DNA from: Micrococcales bacterium
GTDB taxonomy: Bacteria > Actinomycetota > Actinomycetes > S36-B12 > UBA10799
Length of the DNA: 64,000 nt
Direction of reading: 5' to 3'
NCBI GenBank assembly: GCA_016719135.1
Contig: JADKAV010000001.1
Coordinates: forward strand, 181,966 to 245,965
Shown piece by piece: positions 45,721 through 54,456 of this stretch. The notes under the pieces were generated by a model. It made no database searches. It saw nothing but the letters and a program-made list of their open reading frames with translations, and was not told the DNA's origin. Made by a program: the position numbers and the translations under genes. Within the stretch, counting starts at the first letter, position 1, and every line of letters begins with the position of its first letter.

Positions 45721-47009
45721 TCACCTCGCCGAAAACCGTGGTGGCGGCCGGGTCGAAGGCCTCGTGCGGCCGTGTGGTGCCGGCCTCGAACTCGTCGCGG
45801 AAATACTTCATCGCCGCCTGGGAAGGGGGTGGCCGCGGCGTCGCCCAGGGCGCAGAACGAGCGGCCCAGGATCTGCCCGCAGACGTCGTCAGGATCGTCG
45901 AGCTGCTGACGCTGCCCGCGCCCGGCCTCGAGCCGGTGCAGCAGGTCCTCGATCCAGCCGTGCCCTCACGGCACGGCGTGCACTTGCCGCACGACTCGTG
46001 CTTGTAGAAGTCCAGCCAACCGGTGACGGCCCGCACCACCGAGGTGGTCTCGTCGAACAGCATCGGGGTGCCGGTGCCCAGCATGGACCCGGCCTCGGCC
46101 ATCGCCTCGTAAGTCATCGGAAGGTCGATGTGCTCCGGGGTCAGCATCGGCACCGAGGACCCGCCCGGCAACCAGAACTTCAGCTCGTGGCCCTCGCGGA
46201 TCCCGCCGGCGTAGTCGAGCAGTTCCGACATCGGCGTGCCCAGCGGCGCCTCGTAGATGCCAGGGCGCTGCACATGTCCGGAGACTGCGAACACCTTGAA
46301 GCCCGGGGACTTGTCGGTGCCGAAGGAACGGAACCAGTCCACCCCGTTGTTCACGATGTAAGGGACGTTCGCGATGGTCTCGACGTTGTTCACCACGGTC
46401 GGACAGGCGTACAGGCCGGCGACGGCCGGGAACGGCGGCTTCAGCCGCGGCTGTCCGCGCCTGCCCTCCAGGGAGTCGAGCAGCGCCGTCTCCTCCCCGC
46501 AGATGTAGGCACCGGCGCCAGCGTGCACGACGAGGTTCAAGTTGAAGCCGCTGCCCAGGATGTTGTCGCCGAGATAGCCGGCCTCGTGGGCCTGCCGGAC
46601 CGCGGCGTGAACGCGCCGGATGACGTGCGGCACCTCGCCACGGATGTAGACGAATGCGTGATCCGCGCGGATCGCGTAGGACGCGACGATGATGCCCTCG
46701 ATCAGGGCGTGCGGGTTCGCCAGCATGATCGGGATGTCCTTGCAGGCACCCGGCTCGGACTCGTCGGCGTTGACGACCAGGTAGTGGGCTTGCCGTCGTT
46801 CTGCGGCACGAAACTCCACTTGATGCCGGCCGGGAACCCGGCGCCGCCGCGGCCGCGCAGGCCCGAGTCCTTCACCGCCGAGATGACCGCATCCGGACCC
46901 ATCCCGAAGGCCTGGGACAGGGCGCTGTAGCCGCCGTGGCGGGGTACCCGTCCAGCGTGAACGAGTCGGGCTCGTCCCAATGCGCGGTGATGACGGGGGT
47001 CAGCGGCAT
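45721..47009 (-). pseudogene. nuoF: NADH-quinone oxidoreductase subunit F; several frameshifts as sequenced
   Basis: [22 protein letters not shown] lies in ORF 46872..47294. [42 protein letters not shown] lies in ORF 46702..46980. [17 protein letters not shown]...[19 protein letters not shown]...[13 protein letters not shown], and later [12 protein letters not shown], lie in ORF 44723..46819. Confidence 0.85.
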
Positions 47010-47676
47010 CAGACCGCCTCCCCGTCCGGGCGCGGCCATGCCGTGCTCCTTGGCGACCTTCAGACCGGCCAGCATCAGGTCGTCGGCGCCGCCATCCTGG
47101 CCGAGGCCGTCGTCGTGGATCCCGGCCAGGGTGCGCTCCTGGGCGGCAGTCGCGGATGGCCGGGCCGCGGGTGGAGCTGACCTCCGCCCTCGCGCAGATC
47201 CTCGACCAGCTCCCGGGCAGCCTCGGCGGTCAGGTCGTCCATGAACTCCCAGTTGGCGGTGATCACGGGGGCGTGGGTGCACGCGGCCTGGCACTCGATG
47301 CGCTCGAGGGAGATCGCGCCGTCGGCGGTGACCTCGTCGTGGCCCACCCCCAGGTCGCTGCTCAGGGCGTCCCAGATGGCGTCGCCGCCGAGGATCCCGC
47401 AGCCCGGGTTGATGAACACGCCGATGTGGTACTCCCCGACCGGCTCGTCGCGCTTGTACATCGTGTAGAAGGTGGCCACCGCGCGACCTCGGCGGTGGTC
47501 AGCCCGAGCACCTCGGCGCACAACTCGATGCCCTCCGCGGTCACGTAGCCCTCCTCGGCCTGCACCAGGTGCAGCATCGGCAGCAGCGCCGAGCGCGGCT
47601 GCGGGTAGCGCGCGGCCAGGTCGCGGCACTCGGCGGCGGTCTGGTCGGTCAGTGCCAGGTCATCGATCCACTCCAC
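47009..47676 (-). pseudogene. nuoE: NADH-quinone oxidoreductase subunit E; several frameshifts as sequenced
   Basis: RYPQPRSALLPMLHLVQAEEGYVT lies in ORF 47362..47676. AVATFYTMYKRDEPVGEYHIGVFINPGCGILGGDAIW...IECQAACTHAPV lies in ORF 47075..47629. The C-terminal [16 protein letters not shown] lies in ORF 46872..47294. Confidence 0.8.
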
Positions 47677-48990
47677 CCATGACGGGGTCGATGCTGGCCA
47701 CCGCGGCCACGACGTCGGAGACCATGCCGCCCTCGCTCATGGCCGGCACGGCCTGCAGATTGTTGAACGAGGGGTCCCGGAAGTGCACCCGGTAGGGCGG
47801 GTGCCGCCGTCGCTGACCACGTGCACGCCGAGTTCGCCGCGGGCCGACTCGACCGCCGAGTACACCTGGCCGGCCGGCACCCGGAAGCCCTCGGTGACCA
47901 GCTTGAAGTGGTGGATCAGGGCCTCCATGGACTGGCCCATGATGTGCCGGATGTGCTCCAGGGAGTTGCCCTGGCCATCGGAGCCGATCGCCAGCTGCGC
48001 GGGCCAGGCGATCTTCTTGTCCTCGACCATCACCGGGCCGGGCCGCAAGCGGTCGAGGCACTGCTCGACGATGTTGAGCCTCTGCTCCATCTCCTCGAGG
48101 CGGATCAGGAACCGGCCGTAGGCGTCGCACGAGGTCTGCGTGGCGACCTCGAACTCGTAGGTCTCGTAGCCCGCAGTAGGGCTGCGTCTTGCGCAGGTCC
48201 CAGGGGGCCCGGTGGCACGCAGGACCGGCCCGGTCATGCCCAGCGCCATGCAGCCGGTCAGGTCCAGGTAGCCGACGCCCACGGTGCGCGCCATCCAGAT
48301 CGAGTTGTCCACCAGCAGGTCCGCGGTGTCCGGGCAGCGCTTGCGCAGCTGCTCACGGTCTCGGCGATCTTGGCCTCGGCGCCCTCGGGCAGGTCCTGGG
48401 CCACGCCGCCGGGGCGGATGAAGGCGTGGTTCATGCGCAGGCCGGTGATGGTCTCGAGCACGTCGAGGATGTACTCGCGCTCGCGGAAGCCGAACGTCAT
48501 CGCGGTCAGGGCACCGAGTTCCATACCACCGGTGGCCAGGTACACCAGGTGGCTGGAAATGCGGTTGAGCTCCATGAGCATCACCCGGATGACCGTGGCG
48601 CGCTCAGGGATCTGATCGGTGATGCCCAGCAGTTTCTCGACGCCGAGGCAGTAGGCCGTCTCGTTGAAGATCGGTGCGAGGTAGTCCATGCGCGTGACGT
48701 AGGTGACGCCCTGGGTCCACGTGCGGAACTCCATGTTCTTCTCGATGCCGGTGTGCAGGTAGCCGATGCCGGAACGGGCCTCGGTGACCGTCTCCCCGTC
48801 GAGTTCGAGGATGAGCCGCAGCACGCCGTGGGTGGACGGGTGCTGCGGGCCCATGTTGACCACGATCCGCTGGGCGATGCCTTCATCGCCCTCGACCTGG
48901 TCCCAGTCGCCACCGGAGACCGTGAAGACCTTGCCCTCGGTGGTGTCGTACGAGTCCGCCTCGTCGGCGGTGTCGTAGATGACGTCTCGC
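47660..48990 (-). pseudogene. nuoD: NADH-quinone oxidoreductase subunit D; several frameshifts as sequenced, start codon not identifiable
   Basis: [25 protein letters not shown]...[11 protein letters not shown] lies in ORF 48258..49100. [24 protein letters not shown]...[18 protein letters not shown] lies in ORF 47737..48312. [16 protein letters not shown]...[11 protein letters not shown] lies in ORF 47660..48130. No ATG/GTG/TTG sits just after the nuoC stop in the [10 protein letters not shown] frame. Confidence 0.8.
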
Positions 48991-49681
48991 TCAGGTGTAC
49001 TCCCTGCGCTGGTCAGGCGGCGGCACGGTGGCGCCCTTGTACTCCACCGGAATGCCACCGAGGGGGTAGTCCTTGCGCTGCGGGTGGCCAGGCCAGTCAT
49101 CGGGCATCTGGATCCGGGTCAGGCGGGGTGGCCGTCGAAGACGATGCCGAAGAAGTCGTAGGTCTCGCGCTCGTGCCAGTTGTTGCCGGGGTAGATCTCC
49201 ACGATCGACGGCACGTGCGGGTCGTCGTCCGGGCAGGTGACCTCGACGGACAGCCGGCGGTTGTGGGTCATGGACAGCATCGGGTAGTGGATGTGCAACT
49301 CGCGGCCGGTGTCCTCGGGCCAGTGAACCCCGCTGGCCCCCATACACATCTCGAACCGCAGATCGGGGTGGTCGCAAGGTGGCGCATACCGCAGCAGGTG
49401 CTCGCGCTCGACCTCAAGGGTCAGTTGGTCGTGCCGGATGACCACTTTGGAGACGGCAGGACCGAAGTCGCTGCCGAGTTGCTCGGCGAGGGTGTCGACG
49501 GCCTGGTCGTACCAGCCGCCGTAGGGACGGGTGGCCGCAGGGCCGGGCATGGACCGCCGCCGAACCAGCCCGCCGGAACCGCTGACGTCGGGGTGCCTCG
49601 GCGCCGAACGCGCCCTGCCCGGTCGCCAGCACCTCGAGGGTCTCGGTGCCCGCGGGGACGACCTCGGAGGTTCTCGGTCAC
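48991..49681 (-). pseudogene. nuoC: NADH-quinone oxidoreductase subunit C; several frameshifts as sequenced
   Basis: GTG 49681 overlaps the nuoB stop (GTGA). VTENL, then [23 protein letters not shown] (frame of ORF 49414..49632), then [30 protein letters not shown]...[21 protein letters not shown] (ORF 49119..49550), then [30 protein letters not shown] (ORF 48991..49377). Confidence 0.8.
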
Positions 49682-50233
49682 CGCATCAGGCCCTTCATCT
49701 GCCTCGCCGGGAACGGCGGGCAGCGCCGCCGCCTCGAGCTCGACGACCTCGACCTCGCGGTGCGCGCCGAGCTTGGTGTGCTGCACCTGGTCGTGGATCT
49801 TGAGGATCGCGTCCATCAACTGCTCCGGCCGCGGCGGGCAGCCGGGCAGGTAGATGTCCACCGGCACGACGTGGTCGACGCCCTGCACGATCGCGTAGTT
49901 GTTGAACATGCCGCCGCTGGAGGCGCAGACGCCCATGGCGAGCACCCACTTGGGGTTGGGCATCTGGTCGTAGATCTGGCGCAGGACCGGGGCCATCTTC
50001 TGGCTCACCCGGCCGGCGACGATCATCAGGTCGGCCTGGCGCGGCGAGGCGCGGAAGACCTCCATGCCGAAGCGGGCCAGGTCGTAACGCGGGGCGCCGG
50101 TGGCCATCATCTCGATGGCGCAGCACGCGAGCCCGAACGTGGCCGGCCACAACGACCCCTTGCGCGCGTACCCGGCGACCGCCTCGACGGTGGTCAGCAG
50201 GACCCCGCTGGGAAGTTTCTCTTCAAGACCCAT
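49678..50233 (-). CDS. nuoB: NADH-quinone oxidoreductase subunit B; one extra base near the 3' end as sequenced
   Basis: Embedded in the composite ORF 49421..50701, from ATG 50233: [43 protein letters not shown]...[10 protein letters not shown]...PGCPPRPE. The +1 frame gives the conserved ending ...QMKGLMR-TGA at 49678-49680. The span is 556 nt, which is 3n+1. Confidence 0.9.
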
Positions 50234-50595
50234 CAGTCCCACTCCAAACCGCGGCGGCGCCATACGTATGCGTAGACGACGGCCAGCGTCAAGATGAACA
50301 ACAACATCTCGATCAGACCGAAGACCGCGAGCTGGTCGAAGGCGACCGCCCACGGATACAGGAACACGATCTCGATGTCGAAGATGATGAACATCATCGC
50401 CGTCAGGTAGTACTTGACCGGGAACTTGCCGCGGCCCATCAACTGCGTGGTGGGTTCGATGCCACATTCGTAGGGCTCGACCTTGGCCCGGTTGTACCGC
50501 TTGGGACCGGTGAGACTGGCCACCCCGACACTGAACGCGGCGAACGCGAACGCCAGCAATCCCAGGATCAGGATGGGAAGGTACACATTGCCCAT
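50233..50595 (-). CDS. nuoA: NADH-quinone oxidoreductase subunit A (120 aa)
   Basis: ORF 50233..50595: ...[11 protein letters not shown]...[23 protein letters not shown]... Confidence 0.9.
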   Translation of the reverse strand: MGNVYLPILILGLLAFAFAAFSVGVASLTGPKRYNRAKVEPYECGIEPTTQLMGRGKFPVKYYLTAMMFIIFDIEIVFLYPWAVAFDQLAVFGLIEMLLFILTLAVVYAYVWRRRGLEWD

Positions 50596-51024
50596 CGCTA
50601 TCGACTCCTTCCGGTCGGCTCAATCCTAGGGTGCGCTGTCGTGCTGCTGCCCGGCGACTCCGGCGCGATACCCGGTCTGCACCGGCGGGCGGGTTGCGCA
50701 CTGAACTGCGGCACCTGCCACGGGGCGTTTCGGACGGCTGTGACGCCGCCGGTGAGGTGGTCCATCCGCTCTCCTCGTTGCAAGGATCTCCGCTGCCTAC
50801 CCCCCGATTGAGTCTAGGTGGCAGTGGTGGTGCTGTCGTGCGGATGGGAGCCGGATTGGGTTGCCCGGACCGAGCGCCCCGAATCCACGTTGGAAACGGG
50901 AAGCCGAAATACGCCCCGTACGACTCCCGACTACCCGCTCCCGATCGCCCAAAGGGCCCACACCGCAGGCCGACTCCAGCGCTGCGGGTGGCCCGCTCAG
51001 ACCTGGTTCAACAGCGACCCCGGA

Positions 51025-51696
51025 CTACGCCGCCGGCGACTCACTGGCCATTGCCGGCTCGCTCACCGAGAACGAGTTCACCATCTGGTCGAACGTCGGC
51101 GCCAACTCCGCCCACCGATCGGTCGCCGCCTGGGTCAGCAACTGATACTCGATCATCCCGTCGAACAGGAAGTAGAGCTTGGAGGTGATGGGGGTGCCTT
51201 CGACGTCGAAGGTGGCGTCGGCCTCGAAACCGTTCAGTCCGCTCACCGTCACCGGCGAGAGTTCGGAGATCTGCATGTTCTCCGAGGACTGCTCCAACTG
51301 CGGGATCACGCTCTGTTCGAGTTCGGCCTGGACCGCGTCGAGGTTCTCCTCGGTGATCTCGGTGTTGAGCTCGTAGACATTCACCAGGAAGGCGTCGCGA
51401 TACTGCCCGCCGACCTGCGTCCCATCGGTGTCGAACACTGCCACCGAGTCCGCGCTGCTGGCACCGCTCTCAGCTTCGAACGAGGTGTCGTCCTTCTGCT
51501 CGAACGGCGGGGCGTACTGGAAGCTGAATCCGTACTTGTCGCTGGTGTAGGTCTGCACATCCAACGGTGCGCTCTGCTCAGCGCTCGGACTCTCAGAGGA
51601 GTCGCCCCCGACGCTCACTTCGGCCGAACACCCGACCAGTCCAACCGTGAGGGCGGCTGCTGCCACCACTGCTGAAAATCGCGCTGAGATACGCAT
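51025..51696 (-). CDS. Putative lipoprotein (223 aa)
   Basis: ORF 51025..51696. Signal peptide plus lipobox: MRISARFSAVVAAAALTVGLVGC. The mature part is acidic and Ser-rich. Confidence 0.65.
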   Translation of the reverse strand: MRISARFSAVVAAAALTVGLVGCSAEVSVGGDSSESPSAEQSAPLDVQTYTSDKYGFSFQYAPPFEQKDDTSFEAESGASSADSVAVFDTDGTQVGGQYRDAFLVNVYELNTEITEENLDAVQAELEQSVIPQLEQSSENMQISELSPVTVSGLNGFEADATFDVEGTPITSKLYFLFDGMIEYQLLTQAATDRWAELAPTFDQMVNSFSVSEPAMASESPAA

Positions 51697-51732
51697 GAGC
51701 CTCTTCCAATCAGTACGCCGACAGGTCGCCGC

Positions 51733-52422
51733 TCAGGCTACTCCCCTGTGCAGCGCGACGATACCCCCAGAGAGGTTCCGCCAGGCGACTTGTTCCCACC
51801 CGGCATCCAGCAGCAGCTCGGCCAAGCCCTGCTGGCCAGGCCACGCCGCGATCGATTCGGCCAGATACTCGTACGCCTCGGAGTTGCTGGCCACCCGTTT
51901 GGCGATCTGGGGCAGGGCCTTCATCAAGTACTCCTGGTAGATCGTCCGGAAGGGCGGCCACACCGGCGTCGAGAACTCGCACACGACCAGCCGACCGCCC
52001 GGGCGGGTGACCCGGCGCATCTCGCGCAGGCCTTGCGCGGGGTCGTGAATGTTGCGCAATCCGAAGGAGATCGTGACGGCGTCGAAGGACGCGTCGGCGA
52101 ACGGCAGCGTCATCGCGTCGCCGGCCACGAACGGCAGATGCGGCAGGCGTTTGCGGCCGACCTGGAGCATTCCCAGCGAAAAGTCACACGGAACCACCTG
52201 GGCACCGACGCGAACGAAAGACTCGCTGCTGGTTCCCGTCCCCGCCGCCAGGTCCAGCACGCGTTGGCCGGGCTGGGGATCCACGGCCTCAGTGACCAGT
52301 CGCCGCCATTTACGCGTCTGCCCCACAGCGAGGACATCATTGGTCAGGTCGTAGCGGCCTGCCACCCGGTCGAACATCGATGCCACTGCCAATGGCTGCT
52401 TGTCGAGGTCGGCTCTGCTCAC
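51733..52422 (-). CDS. menG: Demethylmenaquinone methyltransferase (UbiE/MenG family, 229 aa)
   Basis: ORF 51733..52422: ...[29 protein letters not shown]...[10 protein letters not shown]... Confidence 0.9.
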   Translation of the reverse strand: MSRADLDKQPLAVASMFDRVAGRYDLTNDVLAVGQTRKWRRLVTEAVDPQPGQRVLDLAAGTGTSSESFVRVGAQVVPCDFSLGMLQVGRKRLPHLPFVAGDAMTLPFADASFDAVTISFGLRNIHDPAQGLREMRRVTRPGGRLVVCEFSTPVWPPFRTIYQEYLMKALPQIAKRVASNSEAYEYLAESIAAWPGQQGLAELLLDAGWEQVAWRNLSGGIVALHRGVA

Positions 52423-52518
52423 CGGCCAAGTCTCTCATCAGACTGCTGTGGCGGCACCGGGCCGGGCGCCGCAGACCTTGCCTTCGCGCGCGAAGCGACC
52501 CGGCCATAATCTGGAAGG

Positions 52519-53718
52519 GTGAACCAGCCCCTCCAGGTGCGCACTCGGCTCGTGGATCCCCGCGATCTCTTGTCGATGATCCCTGCGCACGCCCAGCCGC
52601 TGAGCTGGGTGCACGATGGCGACGGTCTCGTGGCCTGGGACGTGGCGGCCACCACGACCGTGCGGGGCCCTGAGCGCTTCGCGCGGGCGCAACGGTGGTG
52701 GGCACGGCTGTGCGAGTCTGCGGTCGTCGACGACGAGATCATGGCACCGGGTACCGGACCGGTCGCGTTCGCCTCTTTCTCCTTCGACGCCGACGACGAA
52801 TCGGTGGTGACCGTGCCCGGCACGATCGTCGGTCAGCGCGACGGTAAGGCCTGGATCACCACGATCACCCCCAACCGACCCGCCCCACTGCCCCCCACCG
52901 GGTCAGGTCCGCTGTCTGAAACGGAGCAGGACGGCAGCCATTACCGCCAGCTCGTGGCCGACGCGGTGGAGGCGATCTCGGCAGGCGTCTTCGACAAGGT
53001 GGTCCTGGCCAGAGCGGTGCGGATGAGCGGGACCATCGACGTCCACCGAACCCTGCACAAACTCTCGCAGCGGTATGCGGACTGCTGGACGTTCAGCGTG
53101 CACGGCTTGATCGGCGCCACCCCAGAACTGCTCGTGCGTCGCACAGGCGAACAGGTCACCTCCCGAGTTCTGGCGGGGACCGTGGCGCGCAGTCAGGATG
53201 ACCTGGAGAGCGGGCAACTGGCCGATGACATGGTCACTTCGCAGAAGGCCCGCGAGGAACATGCGTACGCGGTCATGTCCGTGGCCCAGGCCCTCGGCAC
53301 GCAGTGCACCGATCTGATCGTTCCGGAGGAACCCAGCGTCCTGCGCCTGGCCAACGTGCAACACCTGGCCACGGACATCCACGCGATGCTGGTGGATGAG
53401 ACCTCTGTGGTCGCCATCGCGGCTGCGCTGCATCCCACCGCTGCTGTCTGCGGCACCCCGACCGAGCGCGCCCTGCAGTACATCCTCAACCGTGAGCAGT
53501 TGCGCAGGCAGCGGTACGCAGGGCCGGTGGGCTGGTTCGACGCCAACGGCGACGGCGAGTTCGGGATCGCGCTGCGGTGTGGACAGATCACCCCGGACAA
53601 CCGGTCCATCGACCTGTACGCCGGCTGCGGGATCGTGGCGGGATCCGACCCCGACTCCGAGTTCGCCGAGTCGGAGTCCAAACTCGCCGCGATGCGGTGG
53701 GCGTTGTCCGGGCAGTAG
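52519..53718 (+). CDS. menF: Isochorismate synthase (399 aa)
   Basis: ORF 52519..53718. It shows chorismate-binding family signatures: ...LHPTAAVCGTP...RQRYAGPVGW...GEFGIALRCG...AGCGIVAGSDPDSE... Confidence 0.85.
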   Translation: MNQPLQVRTRLVDPRDLLSMIPAHAQPLSWVHDGDGLVAWDVAATTTVRGPERFARAQRWWARLCESAVVDDEIMAPGTGPVAFASFSFDADDESVVTVPGTIVGQRDGKAWITTITPNRPAPLPPTGSGPLSETEQDGSHYRQLVADAVEAISAGVFDKVVLARAVRMSGTIDVHRTLHKLSQRYADCWTFSVHGLIGATPELLVRRTGEQVTSRVLAGTVARSQDDLESGQLADDMVTSQKAREEHAYAVMSVAQALGTQCTDLIVPEEPSVLRLANVQHLATDIHAMLVDETSVVAIAAALHPTAAVCGTPTERALQYILNREQLRRQRYAGPVGWFDANGDGEFGIALRCGQITPDNRSIDLYAGCGIVAGSDPDSEFAESESKLAAMRWALSGQ

Positions 53719-53787
53719 CCCCTCCGGAGCGCGGGACACGCACGGCGGACGGACGGGCGGGCGGACGCGGACGGGCGGGCGGGCGGA

Positions 53788-54456
53788 CTAAGTAACGGCC
53801 ATTTCGAGCCACGTCCCTCGAACCGCCGCGACCCGCTGGCCACCGGCGGTGAACAGGGCGGCGGCGCTGATCCGCCGGCGACCCACGGACTCCAACTGCC
53901 CGGCGACGACGACGTACGGGTCAGCGGGATCCAGCGGAGCGTCGGTGAGCACACCCCCGGTCAGTCGCCCGGTCACCAGCGCGGTCTCCTGCAGCGGCCA
54001 GGCCCAGCCGGTGGCGCAGTCCAGAGCCGACCAGATCCATTCCTTCGCGACCCGGCCGCGCGGCTGCCAGACGCAGGCGACCAACCCGTCGGACACCGGA
54101 CCCGGGCCGATGCCGAGCCCGTCGTGGCGCACCCGGCCGCAACTGAAGCACGTTTCGTACGGATTCGGAACTGCGCCCGGGTAGCCGCGACCGGCGATGC
54201 GGGCGCGTTCGATGTCGATGAACGGGATCGGATCGGGTACGACGTCCACTGCGGACGCCTCGGCGATGAGAGTCTGGCCGTCCCAGAATTCCATGTGCCG
54301 ACCATCGCCGACCTCACGCAACTGCGTTTCCAGCGGTGCCGGGGCACGCAACCAGGCGTCGGCGCCCGGCCCGTCCAGGCGCACCGCCAATGAGCCAGCC
54401 ACGTAGCCTCCCTGCCCGGAGTCCGGCGGGCCGTTGAGATGCCTGGCGATCCTCAC
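53788..54456 (-). CDS. Hotdog-fold (PaaI/4HBT-like) thioesterase-family protein (222 aa)
   Basis: ORF 53788..54456. GTG 54456 overlaps the menD stop (GTGA). The motifs NGPPDSGQGGYVAGSLA and ETCFSCGRVRHDGLGIGPGP resemble PaaI-type thioesterases. I assigned the family by eye only. Confidence 0.45.
   Translation of the reverse strand: MRIARHLNGPPDSGQGGYVAGSLAVRLDGPGADAWLRAPAPLETQLREVGDGRHMEFWDGQTLIAEASAVDVVPDPIPFIDIERARIAGRGYPGAVPNPYETCFSCGRVRHDGLGIGPGPVSDGLVACVWQPRGRVAKEWIWSALDCATGWAWPLQETALVTGRLTGGVLTDAPLDPADPYVVVAGQLESVGRRRISAAALFTAGGQRVAAVRGTWLEMAVT

Noticed and set aside
44723-46819. A 698-aa ORF that looks like a NuoF-NuoG fusion.
   Set aside because: It is a composite. True NuoF and NuoG segments alternate with out-of-frame Arg/Pro/Ser-rich stretches, and the missing conserved segments are found in the other two frames.
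43350-49700. Genuine pseudogenisation of the peripheral arm of complex I (nuoB-G).
   Set aside because: I do not favour it. The same sequence has frameshifts in rpoB, rpoC and rplA, which cannot be real. Many indels in the block are tightly spaced compensating pairs, gene lengths are preserved, and I saw no nonsense substitutions or large deletions. It remains formally open until reads are checked.
49421-50701. A 426-aa ORF spanning the region upstream of nuoA, nuoB and the start of nuoC.
   Set aside because: Only the central part (50233 to about 49700) is NuoB. The 5' part is out-of-frame read-through across nuoA and its upstream region. The 3' part is out-of-frame nuoC caused by an indel before the nuoB stop.
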